Positions 51,340-63,671 of a DNA stretch of 64,000 nucleotides are shown in pieces (position 1 is the stretch's first letter; each line of letters starts with the position of its first letter). Source of the stretch: Takakia lepidozioides (Eukaryota; Plantae; Bryophyta); the NCBI GenBank assembly GCA_030704615.1, contig CM060732.1, positions 37,820,001 through 37,884,000 on the forward strand, given 5' to 3'. Below the pieces are notes generated by a model, which was not told the DNA's origin, did no database searches, and saw nothing but the letters and a program-made list of their open reading frames with translations. The translations under genes were made by a program, and so were the position numbers.

Positions 51340-53170
51340 AACAGTCCCGGAATTTCCAACGTAGAGGTAATTCGGAGCGCTGCACGATGGAATTTTGGCG
51401 CCGGATTTCCATCCTGCAGGTAATTCGGAGCGCAGCAGGATGGATATCCGGCGCCGAATTTCCATCCGCGGAGGAAGGGCGGCGCGCCGAATTTCCCTCA
51501 CGCAGGTAATTCGGTGCCGAATTTCCATCGTGCAGGTAATTCGAATACCGGATGAATGGAAATTCTGCGCCGAATTTCCATCCTGCAGGTAATTCGAATC
51601 CCGGATGAATGGAAATTCGGCGCCGAATTTCCATCCAGCAGGTAAGTGGAATCCCGGATGGATGGAGATTCGGCGCCGAATTTCCATCCTGCAGGTAATT
51701 CGAATCCGGATGAATGGAAATTCGGCGCCGAATTTCCATCCAGCAGGTAGTCGGATGTGGCCGTATGGATATTCGGCGCCGAATTTCCATTCGCCATGTA
51801 TTTCTGAGCGAGGAATTACCTTCGGCAGGTAATTCCCAGATGAGAATTACCTTCCTGCAGGTAATTCGTCGATCAGAATTACCTTCGTGCAGGTAATTCT
51901 GGACGAGGAATTAACATCCTACCGGCATCGATTGGAATTACCTGCAGGAAGGTAATTCTCATCTGGAAATTACCTGCACGAAGGTAATTCTCACTGGATT
52001 ACCTGCACGAAGGTAATTCTGATCGATGAATATATGCGAATGGAAATTCGGCGCCGAATATCCATACGCCACCGATCCGACTTATCTGCTGGATGGAAAT
52101 CGGCGCCGAATTCCCTTCATCCGGGATTCGAATTACCTGCAGGATGGAAATTCGGCGCCGAATTTCCATTTATCCGGGATTCCAGTTACCTGCAGGATGG
52201 AAATTCGGCGCCGAATCTCCATCCATCCGGGATTCCACTTACCTGCTGGATGGAAATTCGGCGCCGAATTTCCATTCATCCGGGATTCGAATTACCTGCA
52301 GGATGGAAATTCGGCGCCGAATTTCCATTTATCCGGGATTCCACTTACCTGCTGGATGGAAATTCGGCGCCGAATCTCCATCCATCCGAGATTCCACTTA
52401 CCTGCTGGATGGAAATTCGGCGCCGAATCTCCATCCATCCGGGATTCCACTTACCTGCTGGATGGAAATTCGGCGCCGAATTTCCATCCGGGGGATGGTC
52501 TCTGTCGGAGAGGTGCCGCCTCTCCGCCGCTCTGTTGGATATTCAGGCCCGAATTTCCGTCCCGGGGGTTGAAATATGACGGCCAGGTGCCGACCTCTCC
52601 CTTCTCCCCGACTGCATTGGAACGGCCCCGAATTGAAATTCGGCGCCGTTTTCCCATCTGGGGAGGTTTTTATGTCGGCCAGTTTTCGGTCTGACCCCCC
52701 GACAAGACTTCCTTTGGGGGGGCCCGGATGGAAATTCGGCGCCGAATCTCCATCCAGGGGATGTTCTCTGTCGCACACTCGCCGGCCTCTGCGCCCGAGG
52801 CGACTTCATCCGGGCGTCCCCTGTTCGATATTCGGTGCCGAATTTCCGTCCGGGGGTTGAAATGTGACGGCCAAGTGCCGGCCACTCCCCCCTCCCCGAC
52901 TGCATCCGAACCGCCCCGGATGGAAATTCGGCGCCGTTTTTCCATCTGGGGATGTTTTTATGCCGTCCAGTTTTCGGCCTGACCCCCCGACACGACTCCC
53001 TTTGGGGGCCCGGATGGAAATTCGGCGCCGAATCTCCATCCAGGGGATGTTCTCTGTCGCACACGCGCCGGCCTCTGCGCCCGAGGCGACTTCATCCGGG
53101 CTTCCTCTGTTGGATATTGGGTGCCGAATTTCCATTCGGGGGTAGTAATGTGACGGCACGGTGCCGGCTT
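51340..53170. repeat. Array 2: ~1 kb inverted arrangement of 53-bp units followed by ~287-bp units; core GGAAATTCGGCGCCGAATTTCC
   Basis: Core TTCGGCGCC at 52151, 52204, 52257, 52310, 52363, 52416 and 52469. Mirror-image units at 51500-51790; centre of symmetry near 51920. Confidence 0.95.
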
Positions 53171-53438
53171 CTCCCCTTCAGCCGTCATCATCCGGACGGC
53201 CCCCCACTTTCTGACTGCATACCGTTGGCAGTTATTGCGCAAAGACGAGGGGCCGCATTCCGGAGACAAGGTTCATTAACACTCTGACTGTGGATTTTTG
53301 AGATAGTTGGCTCCCTGGATTTGGATCAGGCTTCGTCGCTCGGACAAATCGGCATCGCATTCATTCCCATCGCTGCACCCCCTTCTACCAGGGAGCTTCC
53401 CCGCACGCCATCCTGGCAGTCTTGTGTGCACATCTCCC

Positions 53439-56400
53439 ATGGCGGAAAACCCGAGCGCTACAGTGTACTGCCCTCCTCACGAGCATAGAGCTTCATTTCC
53501 GTGCAGAGGGGACACCTGCCGGGTGATGGAGAAATATCTGTGCGTTCGATACCACCTGAAACCGGGGTCGGTTTTTTTGGAGGAGGAAAGGAAGGACTCA
53601 AACGCGCCTGTGTCGAGAGTATTGTTGTGCTCCACGATGATTTCGGCGATGGAGGGAATGGCGAGTTCCACCATCAGGCCGCGTCATATAAGGGCTGTTG
53701 GGGACTTCATTTGCCCGCAAATGCACCCGTCTATCCGGCGCCTTCCACGAAACAATCCGCGAAAATCAGAGAGTGGGTACCTCAAAGAGAGAAGTCCGCA
53801 ACGAAGTAAAGTAAGTAGAAATCCAGAGCCGACAGAACCCATCCATGAAGACGACCCGAGAAACGGGTTGTTCAAACCTGTCCAGACTCAGACGAGGTCA
53901 TGGAAGTTCGGGGCGTCCTGGAGATCAGGCAAGTCCTCAATGGACGTCAGTGGAGGAGGGAGTCATATTCCTAGCACGAGACCGCAGTTCGATCTATTCT
54001 TGAAATTCGCGAGGCTTCACCTGGAAGGACACCGGTCGGACTTGGCCGGGGCTGTTGGACTACAAACAAGTTCGCCATTAAATCGGTTACATGCCTTCCC
54101 GCCGACGTCGACGGTTAATATCTTCTTTGAGTTCCCTCCTCGGGCGGACTACTCGAGGGCGTCCGGAATGTTGACAGATATGGATAGAAAACATGACGGT
54201 CATCCTTGGTGCGGTTACCAAAACAACCAGCATGAAGATGCTTGATGGTGTGCGGGTGCGCTACGTTGTTTGTGTGGGCGCGTTGCGGTTGTTTCTCCCC
54301 AACTTGCTTCCACTTTAAATCCAGAGGTCACAGGAACGAGACCGATTGGACAGGCACAGCTCACCAACCATTTTGAGCTCAGGAGAAGGTTCCGAACTCC
54401 ACATTTAAGTGTGCACATTGCAAAGAACCACCACACTAATGTCTGTTTGTAATGCCAAGCAGTTCTATGTGTTGCACCGTTTCCCTGACCTCACCCGAGC
54501 TTGCATACACGTTGGTTCCCATTGTCACAAATTGGCGAGGGGGAACTCGCGGGAGGCTGCCCACGAAGCAGAGCAGCTCGTTCAGGAGGAGGTTAAGTTG
54601 AGACCGGGTGCCAAACCCAAACAGATACAGCTCCAAGCCACCCATAAGATGGCATTGGCCAGAATTATGTCGGAAGACGGCTCCGATAGAGTTCCTCTCG
54701 ACGAGAAGGAAATGGAGGCATTGCTGGAGTCGGTGTCCCACGTATGTTCACCGAATGTCCGAAACCACATTGTCTCATGCAAATAGAAAATTGGGCGTGG
54801 CTCGGATATGCACTCCATTCTGGAGGTGAAGCGACGATGTGGATATGACTACATTCATGGAAGTAGGTTTCCAGGACAAGGGACTGAGGCAGATCGTTGT
54901 TTCGTATTCAAAATGTCCACGTGTGGACCTGGCAGTGGCGTCGAACTGGTCGAAAGATGACGAGTGGGAACTTGTCAAACAGTTGGGTCATGTTCGACCA
55001 TATCAAGCGAATTACGGGTGACAATGGGTGCACATGTCTACGACACCCACTGCAGGATGCTAATGACAATTGCTATTTGTGAGATGAAAGGAGAGGACAC
55101 ACAATCGGAGATGCTTCTTTGGCAGGGAATAAACGAACAGATGGCCAAGGCGGGATTGCCCCCTCCCAATTTCCGTGGTTTCATGGCGGACAACGCACAA
55201 GCAAATTGGGCTGCCATCCGAAGGGTGTACGGGCAAGACCCAATGTTCCCATGGAAGGCAAGGAGAGATCTTGTGGGTTCCATTTTCTGCAGAGCCTTTC
55301 GCAGTACACAACCAGGCTCGTGGCGCCAGATTTCAGAGAGGAGCACCGTTCCATGTGCCTTGCGTGGAAGCGCGCTCCCACCTTGGATGATGCAGAGACA
55401 CAGTTTGCATGCATACGGGCTTGGTGGACATCGTCAGGTGCTGTAAGGAAATCAGACGAGGAAGAGCAATGGTCAGTTGGCTAGCATGGTGGCATTATCG
55501 TTTCCTCCAGTTCGGCGACTATATGCGGGAGGTGAGTTGCACGAATTCGCGTCCCGTTGGATATTATTCTTGGCCATATTTGTAACTTGCTTGTAACCTG
55601 AACATGTGCTTGTGCAGGAAATGTGTCTCGACTCCGACACCGACATGCCCACGACAAACATGGCCGAATTAGTGCACTCTTCCTGGCGTGCCTCCTCTGC
55701 GGCGCATCTGGTGGACATCCTCACTGCCACAACGGAGGACATTGTGAGGTCAATTATGCAGCAATGCAGGTACAACGAGTTCTTGAAAGGAAACAGTGGG
55801 GCTTGGGGCCGGACAGGCAGGAAATGCTGATGCGGACTGCCTCCAGATCGAAGAATCCTCGGAAGTGGGCGGCGGCCTTGCGAGAGGGCCTTCGGGACAC
55901 GCCATTGCTGCGAAGAGGCCAACATTTGGAAGGAGATGTTCATACCCGTCCAGTGAGACGAAGACTTGACGAGGCACCTGGCGGAGGAGGAGAAGAGGAT
56001 TCATGGCGAGCTGACAAGAATATTCGCACGCTCCCTCGTGGTCCGGTTGATGTTGCCCGAGGAGGTCTCGTCGAGCACCGGAAGTCCTGCACGTTCAAGA
56101 TCGCCATCTCCTTTGAGCACAGGGCGCGTGCCCCGGCAACATAACGAGCCATGTGTAGTAAAGCAATACAACATTCCCATTGTGGAGACAAGAGTGTCGG
56201 AGTCACAGTGGAGAATTGCGAGGACATTGCCGGCATTTCGAGGGAAGTGTTGCGCCATCCGGGTGGATACGAGAGCACGCTGTGGTGAGATGATTCGGAG
56301 GAACCCACACGGTGCTGTACCTGCACCTTGTTTCAGCGGCAGATTTTTGACTCCCACATTTGCTCACGCCACAACGCAGACATTTTGGTTCTGTAGGCAC

Positions 56401-57040
56401 GACATAATGACCTGTGTTTTGGCAAGCCCAAGTACGGGATTCAGGGAATGTCGGAGCCTCCGGGCGTCTGGCCTGTTGCACCGGTTGCAGCCTCTCTCAG
56501 AATGAGGCGGATGCTCTATCTGCAGCAGGATTTCGAATGGTGCAACGCACAGACATCCCGGCCCACGCATTTCCGGTTCCTCAGACCCAGCCATTGCAGA
56601 CTGCTCGGTCCAGTAGAGACGGATTGGACAATTCTGCACATCCCACAATGCGATTCGGAAGAGTGAAGAGACGACACCCTCCCAACAAGTTGAATGAGAC
56701 TCGGATTGCCAATGCTCTTGGGATGGCTTGCACTATTCAGAGCTCCGTGGACGTACCCCCACCCGGCCTTGGGCGTGTGTATCGGATGGCAACGGCCGGC
56801 TCGGCTGTACGCGACGATGTATACACAATTACGATTGGAGTGGAGCCGACTTGCAACTGTACGGACTTCTCGTTGATGGAAGCAAAGAAGGGTTCGAAGT
56901 ATTATCCGTGCAAGCATCTGTATTACATTTACCTGAAGAGGTTGAGGATGAACGTGACTATTGATGACTTTATTCATGCACCGGCGTTGAGCGTGAACGA
57001 GCTGCACAAACTCCTCCTTAGGGATTCCAGAAATCATTGA
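53439..57040 (+). pseudogene. Mutator-type transposase with GCM/WRKY-like N-terminal region, DDE core and C-terminal SWIM finger; stops and frameshifts
   Basis: FFEFPP...MDRKHDGHPWC; RACIHVGSHCH; FDHIKR...HVYD; FRGFMADNAQANW; ERSCGFH (CxxH); PTCNCTDF...PCKHLYYI (SWIM). Confidence 0.85.
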
Positions 57041-57194
57041 TGGGGCAAAACGGAATCCTCCATATGGATATTTTCAAATGCATTTTGCTGTATCAGACTT
57101 TTTTTTTGCAGTGTAATGAAATGCACCCCAAAACTCCTGGAATGAGGCAATATTCCATTCAAACTGAGATCCAACAGAAGCAGTTGTGGGGCCA

Positions 57195-57710
57195 TTTCTG
57201 GAAAAATGGCGCCGAATTTCTCTTTTGGGGCCGAAAAACTCGCTAAGTCCCAACATGCACTGGTACCGTGTCTGGAAAAAATGGCGCCGAATTTCTCTTT
57301 TTGGGGCCGAAAACTCGCTAAGTCCCAACATGCACTGGTGTCTGTGTTTGGGAAAATGGCGCCGAATTTCTCTTTTTGGGGCCGAAAACTGGCTAAGTCC
57401 CAACATGCACTGGTACCGTGTCTGGAAAAATGGCGCCGAATTTCTCTTTTTGGGCCGAAAACTGGCTAAGTCCCAACATGCACTGGTACAGTGTCTGGAA
57501 AAATGGCGCCGAATTTCCCTATTTTGCGCCGAAAACTGGCTAAGTCCGAACATGCACTGGAAAAATGGCGCCGAATTACCTGTCATGAGGGGACCTATAG
57601 CCGCGGAATTCGGCACCATTTTTCGCCAGAGAGACCTATTGCCGCGAAATACGTCGCCGTTTTTTCAGGTTACGGACCCTATTACCGCGAAATTCGGCGC
57701 CATATTTGCC
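57195..57710. repeat. Array 3: ~74-bp units carrying AAAATGGCGCCGAATTT and GCTAAGTCCC
   Basis: GGCGCC at 57208, 57283, 57358, 57432, 57505 and 57567. Confidence 0.95.
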
Positions 57711-57950
57711 ACATGTCGCTGGGAATTGGCATGAGCGGAAGACGAAATATCATGAGCACAACTGTCAAAAGTGCAATTTTCCCTTCAAGGGGCCGAATAA
57801 TATATTTGTTTTTCCTGACACATTGCATTAAATTATTGTTTTTTATTGTTTTTTATTTTCGAAATTTGTACTTCTGCTCATGAAAACCGATTGTGTTACT
57901 ACTCTGCTCATGCCGCTCATGCCGCTCATGCTCATGAAATAGCAAACCTC

Positions 57951-59340
57951 CAGTTTCGGGAGGTATTTTCTTCTCCCTTCTCTCCCCATCAGTTTGGGGT
58001 CGTTACCCCAGGAGGTTGTGAAGCAATGGTGCATGGGATTAGGACCTCCCTTGACCTTCATCCAGCCTGGGGTCGTCCCTTCACCATGGTGTCCAAAACA
58101 TCAATTTTTCAGGAATTGCGATCAACCGGCGGCGCATGCCATCAGCTTATCCGTTTTGTGAGATTGTTTTATGTTTCATTCACCCTTTGTTTTACAGTCA
58201 TCATATCCATACGGGAGATCTTACTGTCATTCAGTCAGAAGTAGGAACGCGTCAGGGTGATCCATTAGGGTACCTCTTTGTTGCTTTTGCCCACTTTCGT
58301 GCCCTTCGTTCTTCTGCGCAAGCCTTCCAATCTTTGTATATTTCCTTCTATTGCTGATAATACCCACATCACCAGCCCTCCTAATGATATCATTTTGGCT
58401 TTCCATCACTTTGCTACCCAACTCCACTCTCTAGGCCTCACTGTTCATCCCTGCAAATCCACAGTTTGGTCACCCTCTGAGATTTTGTGCCCCCACCGAC
58501 TTTCTACCACCATATGAGGATATTCAAGTATTAGGTGTTCCATTGGGTACTACCCGTTGCACAACATCTTTCTTCCAAGACACCTTATTACATAATACTA
58601 GTCATATAGAGCTTCTTCCCAAACTAGGGGATATGCAGGTAGCCTATGGCAATCTCACCAAATGCTTCTACATCAACCTTCATATCTCTTGCGGTGTTTT
58701 CCCACGGCTCCCCAATTTTTGGAGCTTTTGTCTTTTTCCGACACGACTGTCATGGGGATTTTCGGTCGTCTATTAGGCTCAGGTGCATTCGATGGTGACT
58801 AGGGGTCATTGGCATCTCGTCAGGCTACCCTCCCCATCTCTTCAGGAGGAGTGGACGTCCACGATCACCATTCCACTCGACGGGGGGTTGACATTGTCTT
58901 CTCTCACGACATGTTGCAGACATTGGCGGACGTTGTCATTGTTGATCCTACGAGGTTAGATCTCATTCCCCGCACAACCTTATCACAAGGAATTGATGCT
59001 TCGGTAGCTGCATAGAGGAAGGAGCGCGACTATCGGACACGTCACTCCACAGATACATTCCTTCCCTTGGCAGTCGAGATCTTTGGTTGTTTGCATCATC
59101 AGTTCAACGACTTCCTTCGCACATGTGCCCATCGCGCGGCGGAAAACATAAGCGTTGGAAGCCCAAACGTCTGTGTTCTGGTAGCTTTCTTTAGACAACG
59201 AGTTTTTGTTGCTTTACAAAAGACTTAAGCTCTATCTATTTTGCGTCGGGCAAAGGTTGCTGGACGGCTTCATCTCGCCTCCCAACACTTTTTGACGCAT
59301 CATCTTTCATGTTGTCTGGTCTTCTTTATGCAGTAGGTGA
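57951..59340 (+). mobile_element. CRE/R2-type retrotransposon, 3' part (RT and restriction-like endonuclease)
   Basis: QFGVVTPGGCEAMVHG, GTRQGDPLG, SIADNTHI, RRGVDIV...LADVVIVDP and FLPLAVEIFG; degenerate. Confidence 0.8.
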
Positions 59341-62300
59341 CCTCTCAGCCCCAGCACCCAAACATTAATATGATGGAATAAACGGATCTACTTCAAGGAA
59401 AGATGCCAGGCCAAGGTCTCTGGATCAAGGAGCCTCCACCAGATCAGCCACCAACCAACAACAGGGCACTTATCAGATCAAGAGAATTCATAAACGCAGC
59501 TTTCACCCTGCTCTATGCCAAACTGGAGACAGAGGGGAAAGAAGTAAATGAGCAGATGGAGCTCCTGCGTGCACTGGAACCCCCTCGCCCCTCCTACAAT
59601 CCTCGGAGCACCTCTCCCCTGTCAACGTCCTCGGACTCCAACCACAACTCTGCACCAGCTGAGCATGGCGTAGTGCAGCCTCCACCCCAGAGTCATCCTG
59701 CTCAGTTTAAGGAATTCCTTTGCCAGGCTGATCCAGTCTTGCCTTCACCAACCCCAATTCCGGTTCAGATTCTCAATCACCAAGTAAGTCTCTACCAAAA
59801 TCCCCTTCCTTTCATAATATTTTACTCTTCTCCTAGACGTCCCAATTATTGCAGAATTCTTTGTGTAAAATCTGATATCCCCTCTAGAAGTAAAATTCTG
59901 CCCTCAATCGCTAGCCCTTCTGAAATGGGGGTCTTCTCTCTCAACCTAGGATCGGGACCCTTCCCTCACCAAACCCCTATCCCACTGAAACAAATCCTCC
60001 TCTCTGAGTTTTTCATGGAAATCTCGGAAAGACCTAAACACATCTATTCAACATTAATCCCTTCCTCTAGAATCCACCCTCTCCCATACCCAGGAATGAG
60101 CCCACTCCTCCCTTCAACCCTTGTTTTGTCTCTCCAGCTAAACCATCCAGTCTCCAAAACCCCTTTGAACCACTTGTGGATAACCTCACCATTACCATCC
60201 GACAAAAGAACGAAATTTGCATTCCGCCAAGACAGGCCATCATTTGAGATTAACCCTCTCAGCCTGAAAACCTCTTGCAATGCAGATTAACCTTTCTATG
60301 TGGAACATTAGGGGGATAGGATCGGAACAAATGAACTTAAAAAAAATTAAACTTCGAACCTGGCTGGCCCCCCTCCTTCAAACAGAAACGATGGTCTTCC
60401 TCCAAGAGCATAAGCTCTGTGCTAGGAAAATTGCTAGCCTCGCTGACCAGCTTTGGCCCTCAAACAGTGCACTCTGGAATCCATCCTATGAAGGGTCCAA
60501 GGGTGGCACTGCAATCCTCCTTTCACCTTCTTTCAAACCCTTCATGAAAGCCAATGAAACTTGGATGCCTGGCCGAGTTCAATTCTGCTCCCTCCTACTC
60601 CAAAGTGACCCAGACCCCATAGGTTTCATTAACATCTACGCTCCAAACACACCATATGAACGCTCTGGTGTGTGGCAGCTCATATATCAAAAGATCTCGG
60701 CAATGCCGGCATCCCACTCCTAGGTGCTGGCAGGTGACTTCAACATGGTGGAAAATGAGTCGGATAGGATAGGCTCAGGTCTTGGTCAGCTCAACCTAGA
60801 AGAGAAAGGTCATTGGGAAGAGCTACTCCATACTCACAGCCTCTCAAAGATCATGCACCCACCCAATAGACGGGGAGGTATTAACCCTTCCTTCACCTGG
60901 ACACCGTTGCCTTCAAACCTGTACATGGCAAGACTAGATCGGATTTACATTTCCATAACCATCTCCAATGGTGCCATGCTCCTTCCCCAGGATCCCATAG
61001 CACATGGATTCGATCGTGCGTGTGTCACAGGATTAATCTCTATGCCCAATGCTAGGAAGAAAGGTCGTGGCGTTTACAGGCTCAACTCCAGCTATCTGAA
61101 AATTCATACCTTTAAGCGCGGGCTGGAGAATGCCTGGAATCAAAATGGCAATGACATTCAATGCCCCATCCAAAAATTTCAGGTAAAACTCTGTGCGGCT
61201 AGCAAGGAAAGCCAAGAACTAACTAGACAGATATCGATAGAGCAGAAAAGGAAGATGAAAGCACTCCAAAAATGCTTGGGTATCTGCCAGAAGAAGATCG
61301 AAACCTCTACCTACGATGACCACACATTCCACGCTTACCTAGAATCATGCCAAAACCTGGAAACGTTCAGATCCAACAAGAACAGAAGCTGCAAATGCAA
61401 GCAGGTATCAACTGGTCGGCAAAGGGGGAAAAATCGTCTAAATATTTCTTTGAGAAGGTCAAGCAGCGTAGATCCCTTCAAATAATTCAACACCTTTACT
61501 CGGACAACCAGGGCTCTAAAACCTCGGATCCAAAGGAGATGTGCAGGCTGGCTTTCTCGCATTTCCAAACCCTCTTCCAACAAGACCTTAGAGACCCCCA
61601 ATACCATCAAAAGCTGCAAGACTGCTTGCATGTAGTCCCGAACAAGCTGCACCCAGCAGAGGCTTCTTATCTAGATGATGACTTCACAGCTCTGGAACTG
61701 CAGGATGCGCTGAACAAAATGAGTAACAATAAGGCTCCTGGCATAGATGGCATGACAATAGAGTTCTATAAGGCTCTTTGGGACCATATTGCCGCTGACT
61801 TCTGTGCCATGGCAAACAGAATTAAAGCTATTGGTCACATGCCCCAATCTATGTCCTAAGGAGTCATCTCACTGTTGTTCAAAAAAAGAGATAGGGCAGT
61901 CATTGGAAACTACCGTCCAATCACACTATTGAATGTGGCCTTCCAAATTATCGCCAAAACTCTGGCCCTGCGCATTCAACCACCCCTCCCCCAACTCATT
62001 AGAACGGGTCAAGCGGGGTTTGTCAAAGGAAGGTACATTCTAGACAATATCCTTCCTGCACATGAGGCCTCTTCTTATGCCTCCAAGAATGGTCAAGCCC
62101 TCTCACTATGGCACCTGGACTTTGAAAAAGCCTTCGATAAGGTGGACTGGACTTTCCTCTTGGCAGTTCTGAGAAAGACCGGGCTCCCACCCAACTTCTG
62201 CCATTGGGTGGAAATTCTCTTGCAGGGTTCAACAAGCAGAGTCTTAATGAATGGCCACCTGTCTAAACCCTCCTCTCTTCATAGATCGGTTCGACAAGGA

Positions 62301-63043
62301 TGCCCTCTAGCCCCTTTTCTCTTTATGTTTGTGGCAGACACTTTGGGTTACCTTTTGGACTCTGTAGAATAATATGAATTTCTGACTTAATGACAATTTT
62401 CAGAACTTTTTAATATCTTTCTCATCAATATAGCCTGCGATACCTTCGATATTGTTGCGGTAGGGCAGTGTTCTTCGATATCTTGTATACAGTCGATAGT
62501 CTATCTTGGACTGAATGATAGAAGAGATGGATGAATAATTGTAAATGATGGATGAAGAGCGGTTATTACAGTTATTGAAGCGCCCTGCTATATAATGCGT
62601 TCATGAGAAGCAGAATGGGTCAATTGAGCCAGACAGCCGTGACCGGGAGTAGGGAGAGTAGAGTGAGTAGAAGATAGACTATAGAGTTATTCTACAATGG
62701 TAGATTTAGTACTGCGTTCTTGCAGTGTTGTGATTTATGAGAAGAAGAAAAATAAATAAATAAAATGCAATTCACTTTGTGTATGTGTGAAGAATGGAGT
62801 GATGGAATGAGAATGTGTTTCTGTGTGTAAGAACTGAAGAACCATAATTATATGAGATGGTGAGAATGCGCACAAATGCAACAGATAAGAATTCAATGTG
62901 AGAATTAGTTTCTGGTCTATCAAGAGAAATATCGATAGAGAGATATCCAAAGCTCAAGAAGGAGCAGATTAAGGAAACAAAAATAGAAAGAGTCTTCAAT
63001 TGGATTCAGGGTAGGAGTACAATTGTGAAGTAAAATCATTTGC

Positions 63044-63340
63044 ATGGCAGAGAGCAATGGTGAGGGAATAAAGGAAGTGTCAGAGTTGATCACTGGATTA
63101 CCAGACCATTTATCGATAACAATCTTTCAGAAGCTTTGTTGTAGTGATAAAGAAGTATTCTTATTGCAATTGGTCAACAAAGGATGGTATAGGGAGATCT
63201 ACATCTTATACATGAGTTGTTATTGGAAACATAGTTGGTTGCAGAAGTGGTATAGACCATTTAAAGGCTATCATGAACTTATGAGAGAATGGAATCATAA
63301 TTTTGGTGAGGGAAAATCCCTGGAGCGACTGGAGAAATAG
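63044..63340 (+). CDS. Small F-box-like ORF, copy 1
   Basis: ELITGLPDHLSITIFQKL...LQLVNKGWYREI matches the plant F-box pattern LIPGLPxD...LxxVxKxW. Confidence 0.5.
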   Translation: MAESNGEGIKEVSELITGLPDHLSITIFQKLCCSDKEVFLLQLVNKGWYREIYILYMSCYWKHSWLQKWYRPFKGYHELMREWNHNFGEGKSLERLEK

Positions 63341-63368
63341 AATTGGTGGTGAAGAATGATCATTAACG

Positions 63369-63671
63369 ATGTGTGAAGGAGGACAGCTAGCATATCCTAT
63401 AGAATTAATTATTGGACTGCCTAATAGTTTGTCTCTAGATATCTTTAAAAGACTACAATGTAGTGACAAAGAGATAATCAATCTATGGTCAGTCAGTAAA
63501 GAATGGCATCGGGAGCTGTTGACTTTGTATCAGAGAGATTATTGGAGGAAGAATATAGTGGAGCAATGGTATTTGATTTCAGCCGATGGAGCAGAGTTAA
63601 TAGAAGATGGAGAGAAAATTTATGAATCTGGGAGAGTGATGATCGTGTTAGATGAAGATGACTGTTGGTAA
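63369..63671 (+). CDS. Small F-box-like ORF, copy 2
   Basis: ELIIGLPNSLSLDIFKRL...LWSVSKEWHREL; paralogous to 63044-63340. Confidence 0.5.
   Translation: MCEGGQLAYPIELIIGLPNSLSLDIFKRLQCSDKEIINLWSVSKEWHRELLTLYQRDYWRKNIVEQWYLISADGAELIEDGEKIYESGRVMIVLDEDDCW

Larger units (their letters stand above)
44572..57950. mobile_element. ~13.4 kb Mutator-like (MULE) DNA transposon with cargo gene and internal arrays
   Basis: Inverted termini GGGGGCTGCTATTTCATGAGC / GCTCATGAAATAGCAAACCTC with GCATGAGC subrepeats. Flanking direct repeat TCCAGTTTCGGG (44562-44573 and 57949-57960; TSD 8-12 bp depending on end placement). It splits a host RT frame exactly. Confidence 0.92.

Noticed and set aside
51212-53287. 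Many overlapping ORFs (MEIRRRISI..., WKFGAEFP...)
   Set aside because: They are translations of the tandem palindromic repeats and appear on both strands in all frames.
47172-57710. CRISPR array interpretation of the regularly spaced palindromes
   Set aside because: The sequences between the palindromes are themselves repeated rather than unique spacers, there are no cas genes, and the context is eukaryotic.
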